A stretch of DNA of 64,000 bases from an uncultured Candidatus Binatia bacterium. Lineage in GTDB: Bacteria > Desulfobacterota > Binatia > Bin18. Where the stretch lies: the NCBI GenBank assembly GCA_965200355.1, contig OZ241351.1:1714426-1778425 (forward strand), given 5' to 3'. Below the pieces are notes generated by a model, which had not been told where the DNA came from, did no database searches, and saw only the letters and a list, made by a program, of their open reading frames with translations. Shown piece after piece: positions 8,804-18,905 of the stretch. Position 1 is the first letter of the stretch. Each line of letters opens with the position of its first letter. The translations under genes were made by a program, and so were the position numbers.

Positions 8804-9613
8804 CTACCAACGATTCTTGGCATGATGTCGAGCGGTGAGGCGCGGGGCCACAAGTTCCAAAAGCTGGGTGTGCAGCCGGCCATTGCTGGCAACCACGCCC
8901 TGCAAGAGCGTGGTCGGCTGATTAAAGCGGACCGGCTTCCCGCTGAGGGTCGTGACTCGTCCCCCGGCTTCCTCGACGAGGAGCGTGCCGGCGCAAATAT
9001 CCCACTCGTTCTTGGGCCTCAGTGTAAACGAGGCGTCGGCCTCGCCACTGGCGAGACACGCCAGCTTGTAGGCAATGCTGCCCAGAGGGCGGGCACGAAA
9101 AAGCGAGGTGAAGTCTTTCCACTCCCCCCGTTTAGTCTCCGAGCGACTGGAGAGAATAGTCGCCTCGGCCAAACGCGACGTTGCAGGCACGCGCAAGGGG
9201 CGGCTCCCGCACCACGCCCCTTGTCCGCGGACCGCCCAGAAGAGCTGGTCCAGGCTGGGATGATAGACCACACCGAGAATCGGCCAGCCAGCTTCAATGA
9301 GTCCGATAGAGACCGCAAATTCCGGGATTTTCTGAATGAACTCCTGGGTCCCGTCCATCGGGTCAACCACCCAGACGCGGCGCGTGGTCAGCCGCGCGGG
9401 CGAATCGACCGTCTCTTCCGACAGCCAGCCATAGTCAGGGAAATTCGCGTGGAGCATGGTGTGGATCTTCCGGTTGGCCTCCCGGTCGGCACGTGTGACC
9501 GGACTGTTATCTCCGCTTTTATACTCCACTGTGTAGTTGGTCTCGTAGATGGTGCGGATGATGTCTCCCGCGGCGCGCGCGGCCGCAATGGCAAGGCTTT
9601 TCTCTTTTTCCAT
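8804..9613 (-). CDS. inositol monophosphatase family / 3'(2'),5'-bisphosphate nucleotidase (CysQ-like)
   Basis: IMPase metal-binding motifs (WVVDPMDGTQEF, ...WDICAG...). Confidence 0.8.
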   Translation of the reverse strand: MEKEKSLAIAAARAAGDIIRTIYETNYTVEYKSGDNSPVTRADREANRKIHTMLHANFPDYGWLSEETVDSPARLTTRRVWVVDPMDGTQEFIQKIPEFAVSIGLIEAGWPILGVVYHPSLDQLFWAVRGQGAWCGSRPLRVPATSRLAEATILSSRSETKRGEWKDFTSLFRARPLGSIAYKLACLASGEADASFTLRPKNEWDICAGTLLVEEAGGRVTTLSGKPVRFNQPTTLLQGVVASNGRLHTQLLELVAPRLTARHHAKNRW

Positions 9614-10591
9614 TTACTGTCCCAACACCTGAGCAAAGATCAGCGGGGCGACAATCGAGGCGTCCGATTCAATCAGGTAGCGCGGGGTGTCCACGCCAAG
9701 TTTCCCCCAGGTAATTTTTTCGTTGGGAACCGCCCCGGAATAGGAGCCATAACTGGTCGTGGAATCACTAATCTGACAAAAATAGCCCCATAGCGGGGTG
9801 TGGGTGCGTTTCATGTCCTGGATCAGCATCGGCACCGCACAGATAGCAAAATCTCCGGCAATCCCCCCACCAATCTGAAAAAACCCGATGGAGTGCTGCG
9901 CCGAGACCGTACTATACCAATCGGCCAGATACGTCATGTATTCAACGCCGTGCCGCACGGTATGGACATTCTTCATCAGGCCAGTCATGCAATAGCTGGC
10001 GTACACATTCCCGCAGGTGGAATCCTCCCAGCCGGGCGCAACAATGAGCAGGTCTTTTTCCATAGCGGCATGGACCCAGGAGGCTTTGGGATCAATCTGA
10101 TAATAGGGTTGCAGCATACCGGTCCGCAGGATTTCGTAGAAGGTCTCGTGTGGAAAGGCCCGCCGGCCGGCGTGGTCGGCCCGCATCCACAATTCCTGGA
10201 GGACGCCTTCGACCCGACGCATAGCCTCAAACTCGGGAATGCAGGTATCGGTCACGCGGTTCATATGCCGGTTGAGCAGGCCCTGCTCATCCTGAGGCGT
10301 CAAGTCCCGATAGTGTGGCACCTGCTCATAGTGCTCATGCGCGACCAGATTAAAAATATCTTCTTCCAGATTCGCGCCCGTGCAGGAGATGGCGTGAATG
10401 CAGTCAGCGCGGATCATTTCCGCCAGGGAGAGGCCGAGTTCGGCCGTACTCATAGCGCCGGCCATTGCCAGCAACATCTTGCCGCCCCGGTCGAGATGCT
10501 GCCGATAGGCGGTGGCCGCCTCGACAACGGTGGCGGCATTAAAATGCCGAAAGTGGTGGTGCAGAAAGTCGGTGATGGGTTGACGGCTCAT
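9614..10591 (-). CDS. deoxyhypusine synthase family protein (homospermidine-synthase-like)
   Basis: Full-length similarity to the DHS family (NAD-binding ...SCTGANLEEDIF..., ...GGGIAGDF...). Adjacent to the CysQ-like gene. Confidence 0.75.
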   Translation of the reverse strand: MSRQPITDFLHHHFRHFNAATVVEAATAYRQHLDRGGKMLLAMAGAMSTAELGLSLAEMIRADCIHAISCTGANLEEDIFNLVAHEHYEQVPHYRDLTPQDEQGLLNRHMNRVTDTCIPEFEAMRRVEGVLQELWMRADHAGRRAFPHETFYEILRTGMLQPYYQIDPKASWVHAAMEKDLLIVAPGWEDSTCGNVYASYCMTGLMKNVHTVRHGVEYMTYLADWYSTVSAQHSIGFFQIGGGIAGDFAICAVPMLIQDMKRTHTPLWGYFCQISDSTTSYGSYSGAVPNEKITWGKLGVDTPRYLIESDASIVAPLIFAQVLGQ

Positions 10592-10743
10592 CCTTTGCTC
10601 CTTAGCAATTTTGACGGCTTGCGGGCTTGCTGCTGACTATTGCAAGCATTTCTGCGGAATTGGGGGGTGTTTTTGGTGCGTTTTCAGACCAGAGGGCACC
10701 CCTTTTTTTGGGGAGAATGGGTGAGATTTCAGGCGGTTAGCTC

Positions 10744-11163
10744 CTATTGATTGCTCTCAGACGTGTTCTCAGTCAACTCCGCCGCCTCCCCCCGAAGGTC
10801 CACGTCCGGCAGAATCGACTGCGGCTTGAACGTCACCCGATGGTGATACACGCTCACGTCCGCCGTCTCTAACTGCTCGGCAAAATACGTCACATTGTCC
10901 GACAAGCCCAAAAAATGCTTCACAAAGGCATTCTGGGCCACCCGACACACCACTTCCAGTTGTTCGCGCTGGTGGTCAATAGCGCACTTCCCCTCGATAG
11001 TCAGCATGTAGGCGTCGGTTATGCCGTTATAGAACACAATGCGCCGGTCGATCTCAAAATTATCCGCGGCCTTGGACAGATTCGAGGATGCTATCCTTGC
11101 ATCGTCCATGCAACCAGACAGCAGGGCAAAAAGGCCAAGTAGGATGATTCTCATTTTCTTCAT
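10744..11163 (-). CDS. lipoprotein, hypothetical
   Basis: MKKMRIILLGLFALLSGC signal with lipobox. Lower GC than the surroundings. Confidence 0.6.
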   Translation of the reverse strand: MKKMRIILLGLFALLSGCMDDARIASSNLSKAADNFEIDRRIVFYNGITDAYMLTIEGKCAIDHQREQLEVVCRVAQNAFVKHFLGLSDNVTYFAEQLETADVSVYHHRVTFKPQSILPDVDLRGEAAELTENTSESNQ

Positions 11164-11298
11164 ATCTATTCCTCCTTTTCCGGCACCTCATCCCGATACC
11201 CCGAGCATTCAGCGGATTTACAGATGAGACAGGGCGCACGGACTATATCGAGACCTGGGCAATAGACAATATCTGTACTCTACCCACGGGCATGCTCC

Positions 11299-12969
11299 TT
11301 ACCTCTCAGCCAGCGCTTTCTGAATAGCTTTCAGTTCAGCGTTGGTGATGCTCCATATTTTGGCCGCTGCCGCGTCTATTTCAGCCTCTAATGCTGCCAC
11401 CTTGTCCGTGCCGTTTTGTTTTGCCGTGACATGGCACCGCCGAGAAAGACCGGCGACGCGATTGTGGAGCTTCTCCGTCTTTTTGAACTGAGGAATGGCT
11501 ATGTTCTTCATAATGTGTGGTGACGGATGCAGAACAATATAGGACGCAGCGGCTACATAAGCAGGTGAAGAATTGAGCATTCCGGCGACGAAATAAGCCT
11601 CATCCTCGCTACCGCAAGAAACGGCCACGATTGTATGGTCGGGTAAAGAGGGCTTCACCTTCTCGACCGTTGAGGGACCGGATACGCTCGCACGGACGGA
11701 GTGTCCCACTTCCGGCCAGAGGACTTTCCATTCCTTCATCGTGTAACGTCCGACATTATACATAGAGTAAAAAGGATCACTCGGCTTAAAGTACTGACGA
11801 TAGCCGGAGCGACCGCGCAGGGTGCCATGCTCAGGCTTTTTGGGATCGCCTTCAAACCGCTTCAGGTACGAATATGTTTTCGGCCAGCGCCGCTTCATTG
11901 CGGCTTCGGGAATACCCTTCCGTGTCTCCGGGTCTTGGGCCAGAATGATGTGTGTTGAAGGTGCTGCGTGCCAACGCTGCACGTCTCTTCCGCGTAGCAA
12001 GGGATAGACCAAGGCCGGCTCGATGACGGCCTGTACGTGTTTGACCGGAATTTTCCCAACGTTATGCAGGTTCTCGATCAAGAGTTCCCCGCTGGGAAGT
12101 GTATCTATGATGTTGACCCAGTACACACCATTCAGCCACGTACAGCAGCCAGCATAGGCTTGGTAATCGCTCGGCCCGATGACTTTCTGAAGACCGGGCA
12201 GGGCTGGCGTCGGGGCGGTGAGCCACGGGGACGAGTCCTTTGAAGCCACAACAGGCATGGCTCCTATTTTGTGTTGGGTGGTCGCAGTACGCACGCCGGC
12301 TAACGATTCGTCTTGGGCAAGGCGCGACGGCCCAGCCCACGTCGTATACCGCACAGGATACGTGAAGGGGCGCGTCGTTTTTTCGCAGACAAAGACCGCG
12401 GTCCGATTGGTCGCCCCTTCAAAAACCTGCGTGGCACTCAGATCATGAACAATACGGGGCTTCAGTCGCCACGTTGTTTTTGGTTCTGTCCGGTCGTATC
12501 TGAGTCTACGGAAACCATCGCCCGCGCCTTGGGTCTTGAAGACGCTCTGCGTAATGACGAAACCAAGCCGCCCGCCTTCTTCGAGATAGTTGTCCACGGA
12601 GGAGTAGGTAAACAACATGGAGATGTCCTTCTTGCCGCCGCCCAAGCGACCTGCGGACCCCGATAGCGTGAACAGATTGTATCCCTCCCAGAGGGGTTTC
12701 ATGGCATCGCGGTAGCCGTCGGGCAGGTTCTCCCAATTCACCCAGGGCGGGTTGCCAGCCACATAATCCACTTTCCCGATGAAGAGGGGCGCAAAGGCAT
12801 TTTTGATGATCCGCGCCCAAATACCGTTTTGATTGCTGGCGTCAAGCTGTTGGAGTTTGCCATACAGGTTCTTGTGGAGCGTGGCATCGGTCGTCGGTAA
12901 GGATTCGGCCTCACAGCGTTCGAGGAATTCTTCGGGCGAATAATCATCACGAATGCAAGACTCAATCAC
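11299..12969 (-). CDS. Type IIG restriction-modification enzyme, C-terminal portion (N6-adenine MTase motif IV NPPW plus target-recognition region)
   Basis: ...DYVAGNPPW... near the N-terminus, about 500 aa of TRD-like sequence after it. GTG start overlaps the upstream stop (GTGA). Confidence 0.6.
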   Translation of the reverse strand: MIESCIRDDYSPEEFLERCEAESLPTTDATLHKNLYGKLQQLDASNQNGIWARIIKNAFAPLFIGKVDYVAGNPPWVNWENLPDGYRDAMKPLWEGYNLFTLSGSAGRLGGGKKDISMLFTYSSVDNYLEEGGRLGFVITQSVFKTQGAGDGFRRLRYDRTEPKTTWRLKPRIVHDLSATQVFEGATNRTAVFVCEKTTRPFTYPVRYTTWAGPSRLAQDESLAGVRTATTQHKIGAMPVVASKDSSPWLTAPTPALPGLQKVIGPSDYQAYAGCCTWLNGVYWVNIIDTLPSGELLIENLHNVGKIPVKHVQAVIEPALVYPLLRGRDVQRWHAAPSTHIILAQDPETRKGIPEAAMKRRWPKTYSYLKRFEGDPKKPEHGTLRGRSGYRQYFKPSDPFYSMYNVGRYTMKEWKVLWPEVGHSVRASVSGPSTVEKVKPSLPDHTIVAVSCGSEDEAYFVAGMLNSSPAYVAAASYIVLHPSPHIMKNIAIPQFKKTEKLHNRVAGLSRRCHVTAKQNGTDKVAALEAEIDAAAAKIWSITNAELKAIQKALAER

Positions 12970-14564
12970 ATCGGCATAGCGCCCGATATGCTCTTGGCTC
13001 TCTCAGTCATTTCAGCCGGGATATTGAAATCGCCGGCGCTGGTCTTGATCTGTCGCGTATTGCTCATGCCTCCCGTGAACACGTCGCCGTATGCTGAGGG
13101 GGTCATAATCGAATCGCAGAGATAGACGGGCAATTCGACGGTATCAGCATGACGCAGCAAATCGCGGAGGGCCATCAGGTAGTTCGTCCGGGCGGCCATG
13201 ACCGCCAGCGGATTGAGGTCGAAACCAATAATGTTGCGCAGAATTTTCCGCAGTAGTTCGTCTTCGCCAAAGCCACAGGCGTAGCGGTGCTCGTCATACC
13301 ATGTTTTGACACGGTTCAGGGCCATGACGAGAAAGCTGCCGGAACCGCAGGCGGGGTCGAGCAGGCGTTTGTCCGGGTTGCCGTCGTAGCCGAGTTCGTC
13401 AAGGACCAGCTCGGCCAGCCAGTCGGGCGTGTAGTACTCGCCCAAGTCGTGCCGGACGGACTTGGGAAAAAGTTGCTGGTAGAGCTGTTTAAGCAAATCG
13501 CGCGATTCTGCCGGGTCAACACTGAGGGTGGTCGAATCGAACCGGTCCAGCGACCGGGTGAGGCCACGGACGGCCTGGGCGCAGTCCTCGTTCCAGGCGT
13601 CCAGATACCAGGAGAAGAGGTCGCCTTCGAGAAAATTGCGAATGCCGAGCTGTGACCAGATGCCCCCTTGTTCGAGATTGCGCAGTTCCTCCCGTAATTT
13701 GGCCGGAGTTGGCGCAGAAACGAGTCTTTTGAGGGCTGAGGTTCCAAGAGGAGAAAAGGCCGAGACAATCTCGGCGGCCAGCATTTTCATGAACAGGGCG
13801 TAGTAGGTATGAACGGCAAACAGGAGGGCAGACGGAGAGGGGTGAGACACCTGATAGTGATCGGCCAGTTGCCTGACTTTGGGGTTCTGACCATGAATGT
13901 CATAGCCACACACTTCACCGAAAAGAATCTGCCATTGACGGAAGAACGTCTGCGCCTTCGGGCTGTCTGTCGTGCGGATGAGGTCATGGAGAAGCCGCAC
14001 GCCGTGCTGTGCGCTCTGGGCCTCGGAGCCGAAAGAATCCGTCAGATTCTCGGGGGTAAAGGAAAGGCCCCGCGCGCCCAGGGAGACGAGCGCCCGCAGC
14101 AGGCGTTGGACCGTATACGGCGTGACAGGTTGGGCGTCCTCAGCCTCAAGCTTTGCCCCGCGGGTGCGGACAAAGACCATGCGCGCGCCGTCGCACCCAA
14201 TCCCGAGAATGCGTTCCATGCCGACGTGCTCTTCTGCCTGTAAGTCTCGGAAGCGGCTCTTGATCTGGGTAACGACGGCCTTGAATCCCCGGGCGTTTCT
14301 CTGCTCCGTGATTCTGTCCGACCCCTTGGGGTCTTTGTACTCAATGACCACCCCGCCGTATTTGGAATCAATGCGCCCGCCGGCAAGACCGTATTCATGC
14401 CGGCCCTGGACAGTCAGCCCCGCTTTCTTGATGAACTCGTCAATGAGCTTATTGCACTCGTGGCGAATATCTTCCTCTGAGCCGGCCCATGCGACCGCCT
14501 GCACCATCTGATCGGCCATGAGCTTGGCGTGGTGCGCAATCAAGGCTTCGAGATTCTGACTCAT
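12966..14564 (-). CDS. Type IIG restriction-modification enzyme, N-terminal portion (PD-ExK nuclease motif plus MTase motif I)
   Basis: GGRIDSKYGGVVIEYK (D...EYK nuclease motif) near the N-terminus. ...LLDPACGSGSFLV (AdoMet motif I). The ORF stops about 180 aa before the NPPW found in the next ORF. Confidence 0.6.
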   Translation of the reverse strand: MSQNLEALIAHHAKLMADQMVQAVAWAGSEEDIRHECNKLIDEFIKKAGLTVQGRHEYGLAGGRIDSKYGGVVIEYKDPKGSDRITEQRNARGFKAVVTQIKSRFRDLQAEEHVGMERILGIGCDGARMVFVRTRGAKLEAEDAQPVTPYTVQRLLRALVSLGARGLSFTPENLTDSFGSEAQSAQHGVRLLHDLIRTTDSPKAQTFFRQWQILFGEVCGYDIHGQNPKVRQLADHYQVSHPSPSALLFAVHTYYALFMKMLAAEIVSAFSPLGTSALKRLVSAPTPAKLREELRNLEQGGIWSQLGIRNFLEGDLFSWYLDAWNEDCAQAVRGLTRSLDRFDSTTLSVDPAESRDLLKQLYQQLFPKSVRHDLGEYYTPDWLAELVLDELGYDGNPDKRLLDPACGSGSFLVMALNRVKTWYDEHRYACGFGEDELLRKILRNIIGFDLNPLAVMAARTNYLMALRDLLRHADTVELPVYLCDSIMTPSAYGDVFTGGMSNTRQIKTSAGDFNIPAEMTERAKSISGAMPM

Positions 14565-15595
14565 GTCAGGCTGCCCTTTCCAGGGGGAGCCGGCTGTATC
14601 AGCGCTTGCAGCGCGTGGCCGGTTGGTGCGCCCCGCAGCGCCCGGCCTCTGGAGTCAGGCGTCAGCGCTTGGGTCACTAACTGCTGGAAATCCACCTTGC
14701 GCTCAGCCCAGTCCCGGACGGCGGCAAGGCGGTCGAAGAGCGCCAGACGCACGGCGTAGGCGTCGGTCTCGTCCGGCTGCCCGGTGGCGCTGTCCGGTGG
14801 GGCGTAGGGTCGCGCCTCGGTCAGAAACCGCGCCACCTCAGCCGGGACGTGGGCCGAGAGGTCTGTGGCCCCTCCCCCGGTCTGCCGTATTGCGGTTGAG
14901 GAGAGACCGGCCACAGGCTCGGGCAGGGCCAGGAAATGGATCGCGTCCCGGTAGGGCTGGTTGGCGGGGCGCTGTAACAACTCGTCAAACGCGCGCCGGG
15001 CCATATCGCCCCGGTTGGCAACAACAAGCGAGGTCAGCGCAAAAAGCTGTTCCAGGGCGGCCTCTCGGTCCTGGTAGTAGCGCGCGTCCAGAATCTGCAC
15101 CAGCTTGTCCATACCCACCATAAAAAACAGTCCGACCTGCGCGTCAAAGAGGGCCTGAAATGCCTGGGCTTGCTCAAAATAGAGCCCACGGTTGACCAGG
15201 GCCACGCCGAGCTGTGGCTGCTGTTGGACATGCAGGAGGAGCAACAAGAGGCGGTCCTCCAGACTCATCCCGCTGACCTGTTCCTTATCGACTGTGACCT
15301 TGGCCATCGTGTATAAGAGTTGGTCCAGTTGGAATACGCGGCCGGCGTGCTGGGCGAGCGCGCTGTGGGCCAGGGTGAGCGGATTGAAGGACCCGCACAA
15401 GACGCCCAGCCGTTGCGGCCGCGGGTGCGGTGGTGCGGACAACAGACAGGCCGCCGGCGGCCCGGCACTATCGAGAGACTGAAGACGGTCCCGCAGCGCA
15501 AACAAGCGGGACAAGTCGTAAAATGCGGGTGACATAGCTGACCCGACAGCATACACGACTTCGACCCACTGCGCAGGCCGAGCCGGAGCCAGCAC
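14561..15595 (-). CDS. NadD-like nucleotidyltransferase (nicotinate/nicotinamide-nucleotide adenylyltransferase family) with N- and C-terminal extensions
   Basis: GVLCGSFNPLTLAH (HxGH-type motif with Gly-to-Ala), ...FMVGMDKL..., LSSTAIRQ (ISxT.IR motif). ATGA overlap with the RM ORF start. Confidence 0.55.
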   Translation of the reverse strand: MLAPARPAQWVEVVYAVGSAMSPAFYDLSRLFALRDRLQSLDSAGPPAACLLSAPPHPRPQRLGVLCGSFNPLTLAHSALAQHAGRVFQLDQLLYTMAKVTVDKEQVSGMSLEDRLLLLLLHVQQQPQLGVALVNRGLYFEQAQAFQALFDAQVGLFFMVGMDKLVQILDARYYQDREAALEQLFALTSLVVANRGDMARRAFDELLQRPANQPYRDAIHFLALPEPVAGLSSTAIRQTGGGATDLSAHVPAEVARFLTEARPYAPPDSATGQPDETDAYAVRLALFDRLAAVRDWAERKVDFQQLVTQALTPDSRGRALRGAPTGHALQALIQPAPPGKGSLT

Positions 15596-15681
15596 CCGCG
15601 CGGCCTGTTTTTCTGACAGGACTCGGTTTGCCCGATCCTCCAGGATTGACCGTGAATTTCAGCCCATGCTACCCTCTGGCT

Positions 15682-17487
15682 ATGCGTTTCCCTGCCTTTG
15701 TCGTGAGCGCTTGCCTGCTTTGCGCCCTCATCCCGCTGGCCTCGTGCAGCACGGCTCGCCCCACCCTAGCCCCGGTGCGGAGCGCCCCCCCAGCCGTTCC
15801 CGCTCAGACCAGACCCGCGCCGGCGCTGCCCATTCCGGGCACGCCAGTGGTGCTCGCCCCTGAAGATCGGGCCCTCGGGCATTTCTTCAAAAGCCAAGTC
15901 GCCCTGCATGAGGGCGACGCTGAGACCGCGCTCAGCGAGCTTGAACACGCCGTCTCTCACGACCCTCACACGCCCTTCCTGCGTCTGCGGCTGGCCACTA
16001 TGGCCTTACGCCAGGGCAAGCTGGCCGAGGCCCTGGAACATTGCCAGCAGGTCGTGGCCAGCGAGCCGGACAATGTGACGGCCCAGCGTCTCCTGGCCGG
16101 CCTGCTCTCCTCGACCGGCCAGGAAAACGAAGCCGCTCAGGTCTACGAATCCCTGCTGACGCAGGGTTCTGACGACCAGGAACCGTATCTCTACCTGAGC
16201 GTGCTGTATGCTAAGCAAGAGCGATTTGAGGACGCGATTGGCGTGCTCAAAAGACTGGTCAGCCGTCACCCCCAATCGGTCCTGGGCTATTATTATCTCG
16301 GCCAAACGCACGCCGCGGCCCAGCGGTTTGAGCAGGCGGAAACCTATTATCACGAGGCGCTCAGCCTCAATCCGCAGTCAGAACTGGTCCTGCTCGACTT
16401 CGCGCTCCTGTATGAGCTGCAAAAGAAAAACACCCAGGCCAGAGAGATGTATGAGCAAGCCCTGAGCCTCAACCCGCGCAGTGAGCGGGCGCGGGAGCGG
16501 CTCGGCCGTTTCTATCTGGGCCAGCAGAAGCTTGATGATGCGCTGGACCAGTTTCAGGCACTTGAAAAAATAGAAGCCGACCCGCAGGAGACGCGACTCA
16601 AAATCAGCCTGATCTATCGAGAAAAAGGCGATTACGAAAAGGCCGCCACCGCCCTCAACCTCGTTTTAGCCGCCCAGCCCGAGAATCATCGCGCCCGCTA
16701 CTTTCTCGGCGTCGTGTATACAGAGGCCGACCAGGACACCCGGGCCGCGGTCGAACTCCTGCATATTCCTCGGCAGGCCGAGTATTTTGCCGACGCGCGC
16801 GTCTACTTGAGCTATATCTACCAGCGCCAGGGCAATATCGCCCAAGCCATCACCGCGGTGGAACAGGCCCTTAGCGTGAAAGAGGACGACCCGGACCTGA
16901 TTGGCTTTCTGGCTTCCCTCCATCGCGACAATAATGACCGGGCCAAAGCTGTCGAACTCCTTGAGCACCTCATCGAGGTCGCCCCGGACAACGATCAATA
17001 CCACTTCACGCTCGGAGCGGTCTACGACGAACTCAAACAAAAAGAGCGCTGCATCCAGCATATGCAGAAAGCCATTGCCCTGAATCCCGAGAATGACGCC
17101 GCGCTGAACTACCTGGGCTATACCTGGGCAGAGCAGGGCGTGCATTTAGATGAGGCTGAGCAACTGATACTCCGGGCGCTGGCCATCGAACCCAACGATG
17201 GTTTTTATATTGATAGTCTGGGTTGGGTGTATTATCAGCGCGGCGAGTATAGGGAAGCCATTCAGCACCTCGAACGGGCGGTGGAACTGGTTGATGCTGA
17301 CCCCACCTTGATTGAACATCTGGGGGATGCGTATACCAAAATCGGCCGCACCGCCGATGCCGCCCGCCTCTACCAGGAAGCCATCAAGAACACCTCCGAA
17401 GAAGCCCAACTTGAGCGTTTGCGGACCAAGCTGAACGCCTTGTCTCCGGTGGGCATACACAAGACGAGCGGCAGTGACCTCCAGTAG
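15682..17487 (+). CDS. TPR-repeat lipoprotein
   Basis: MRFPAFVVSACLLCALIPLASC signal with lipobox, followed by about 14 TPR-like repeats. Confidence 0.75.
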   Translation: MRFPAFVVSACLLCALIPLASCSTARPTLAPVRSAPPAVPAQTRPAPALPIPGTPVVLAPEDRALGHFFKSQVALHEGDAETALSELEHAVSHDPHTPFLRLRLATMALRQGKLAEALEHCQQVVASEPDNVTAQRLLAGLLSSTGQENEAAQVYESLLTQGSDDQEPYLYLSVLYAKQERFEDAIGVLKRLVSRHPQSVLGYYYLGQTHAAAQRFEQAETYYHEALSLNPQSELVLLDFALLYELQKKNTQAREMYEQALSLNPRSERARERLGRFYLGQQKLDDALDQFQALEKIEADPQETRLKISLIYREKGDYEKAATALNLVLAAQPENHRARYFLGVVYTEADQDTRAAVELLHIPRQAEYFADARVYLSYIYQRQGNIAQAITAVEQALSVKEDDPDLIGFLASLHRDNNDRAKAVELLEHLIEVAPDNDQYHFTLGAVYDELKQKERCIQHMQKAIALNPENDAALNYLGYTWAEQGVHLDEAEQLILRALAIEPNDGFYIDSLGWVYYQRGEYREAIQHLERAVELVDADPTLIEHLGDAYTKIGRTADAARLYQEAIKNTSEEAQLERLRTKLNALSPVGIHKTSGSDLQ

Positions 17488-18340
17488 CAGCTTGACGCGC
17501 TTCCCACCGTGGCGACCCTCGTCTCTCTCGTTGGCCTGGCTCGTGGTTCTTGCCGGTCTCGTCGTCTGGGGCAGTGGCTGTGCGGCGCGCCGGCCGGCGC
17601 CGCCTGTGCCTGCGCCTCCAGCCGCCCTCCCGTCTCCCCAAGAATTACTGGCCCCGCTCCAGGCCCGGCAGCAGGCTTTCAGCGGCCTGCGCGGCCTGGC
17701 CAAGGTTTCGTACCGGGATACGCACGAAAAGGCGTCTGCAACCCACGCTGTTGCCCTGGCCGCCCCAGACCGCTTTCGCCTCGAGTTGTTCTCACTCCTT
17801 GGTGTCGCCGCTATTCATACCTGTGATGGGCAACGCCTGACCGCCTATTTCCCGCGTGCTCAGGTCCTCTACCGAGGCGTTGCCAGCCCGTTCAATATCG
17901 CCCGTTTCACCCAGGTGCTGCTCTCGGCACGCGAGGTCACCCGCCTGCTGATGGGACTGCCGCCCTTTCTGGTAGACGGTGGGGGCACGCCGGTACGCCG
18001 TGAGCCGGCCGGTGCCTACCGGCTCGATTTTCAGCGCGCGGATGGCAGTCTGGCCACGCTCCGGTTCGACGCGGCCACACAGCGCCTCACCGGCTGGTCC
18101 GTCCGGGATGCGACCCAGACGCTCCAGGCCCAAGGCGAGTTAGGCGACTATCGGCAGGTCCAGGACCGCTTTTTCCCGTTTGCCATCAGTCTGTCCGACG
18201 CCCAGGGAGCCCAGCAGGTCTCGCTCGTCTATCAGGAAGTCTCGGTCGTTCCTGACCCATCCGCGTCGCTCTTTCGTCTGGAGACGCCGGCGGGGGTCGA
18301 AGAGATTGATATTGACGCCTATCGGCTGCACAGCCCGTAA
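17474..18340 (+). CDS. LolB-like / DUF4292-type outer-membrane lipoprotein (start uncertain)
   Basis: ...LAGLVVWGSGC lipobox. LolA/LolB-like half-barrel architecture. Overlaps the end of the TPR gene. Confidence 0.5.
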   Translation: MTSSSSLTRFPPWRPSSLSLAWLVVLAGLVVWGSGCAARRPAPPVPAPPAALPSPQELLAPLQARQQAFSGLRGLAKVSYRDTHEKASATHAVALAAPDRFRLELFSLLGVAAIHTCDGQRLTAYFPRAQVLYRGVASPFNIARFTQVLLSAREVTRLLMGLPPFLVDGGGTPVRREPAGAYRLDFQRADGSLATLRFDAATQRLTGWSVRDATQTLQAQGELGDYRQVQDRFFPFAISLSDAQGAQQVSLVYQEVSVVPDPSASLFRLETPAGVEEIDIDAYRLHSP

Positions 18341-18397
18341 AGCGCGCCGGCAGGTCTCAACGGACTGGTCTACAGAGGACCCCTGTCCTCTTGCGGG

Positions 18398-18849
18398 TCA
18401 GTAGGCGGTCCCGTCCCTTTTGAAGACCACGGCAAAGCCGCGCCGGGCCAAGGAAAACCGACGGTCCGCGGATTGGGCGTAGCGTCCGAACTGGCCTTGT
18501 TTCTGCTGCTGGACCCAATCCGGGAAGGAGTCTTCGATATTCATATGCGCGACTTGCTGAGGGGGCAGTAAGACGACGGCATCGGCGCCTACCTCACAGG
18601 CTTTGTCGCGAATCAGGGCGTTCATACTTTCCAGCCCGTCAATTTCGTTCCCATAGGAGACGATATGGGCAAAGACATCATACGGCTGGGCCGGGGGAGA
18701 GGTCAGCATATTCATGGGGCAATCGACCGGGCGCGCTTCCGGGTAGATAGGCGCAATCCGCTCTTCAATGGCAACCGGTTTTGCCGGGCGCAAAAAACAG
18801 CCGGTGAGAACAATCAGCCCAACACTGAACCACCACAATTGTGTACGCA
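18398..18849 (-). CDS. lipoprotein, hypothetical
   Basis: GTG at 18849 after ggggg. ...WWFSVGLIVLTGC lipobox. Confidence 0.45.
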
Positions 18850-18905
18850 CGTTTTGCCCCCTTGAATGAATAAGCCGGCCACTCTCTTTTCGTCTCGGAT
18901 ATCTT

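Noticed and set aside
10591-10744. Hairpin plus T7 run (ggggtg...cacccc ttttttt) as a terminator
   Set aside because: The T-run is on the plus strand while both flanking genes are on the minus strand, and the loop is about 28 nt. Not convincing as a functional terminator.
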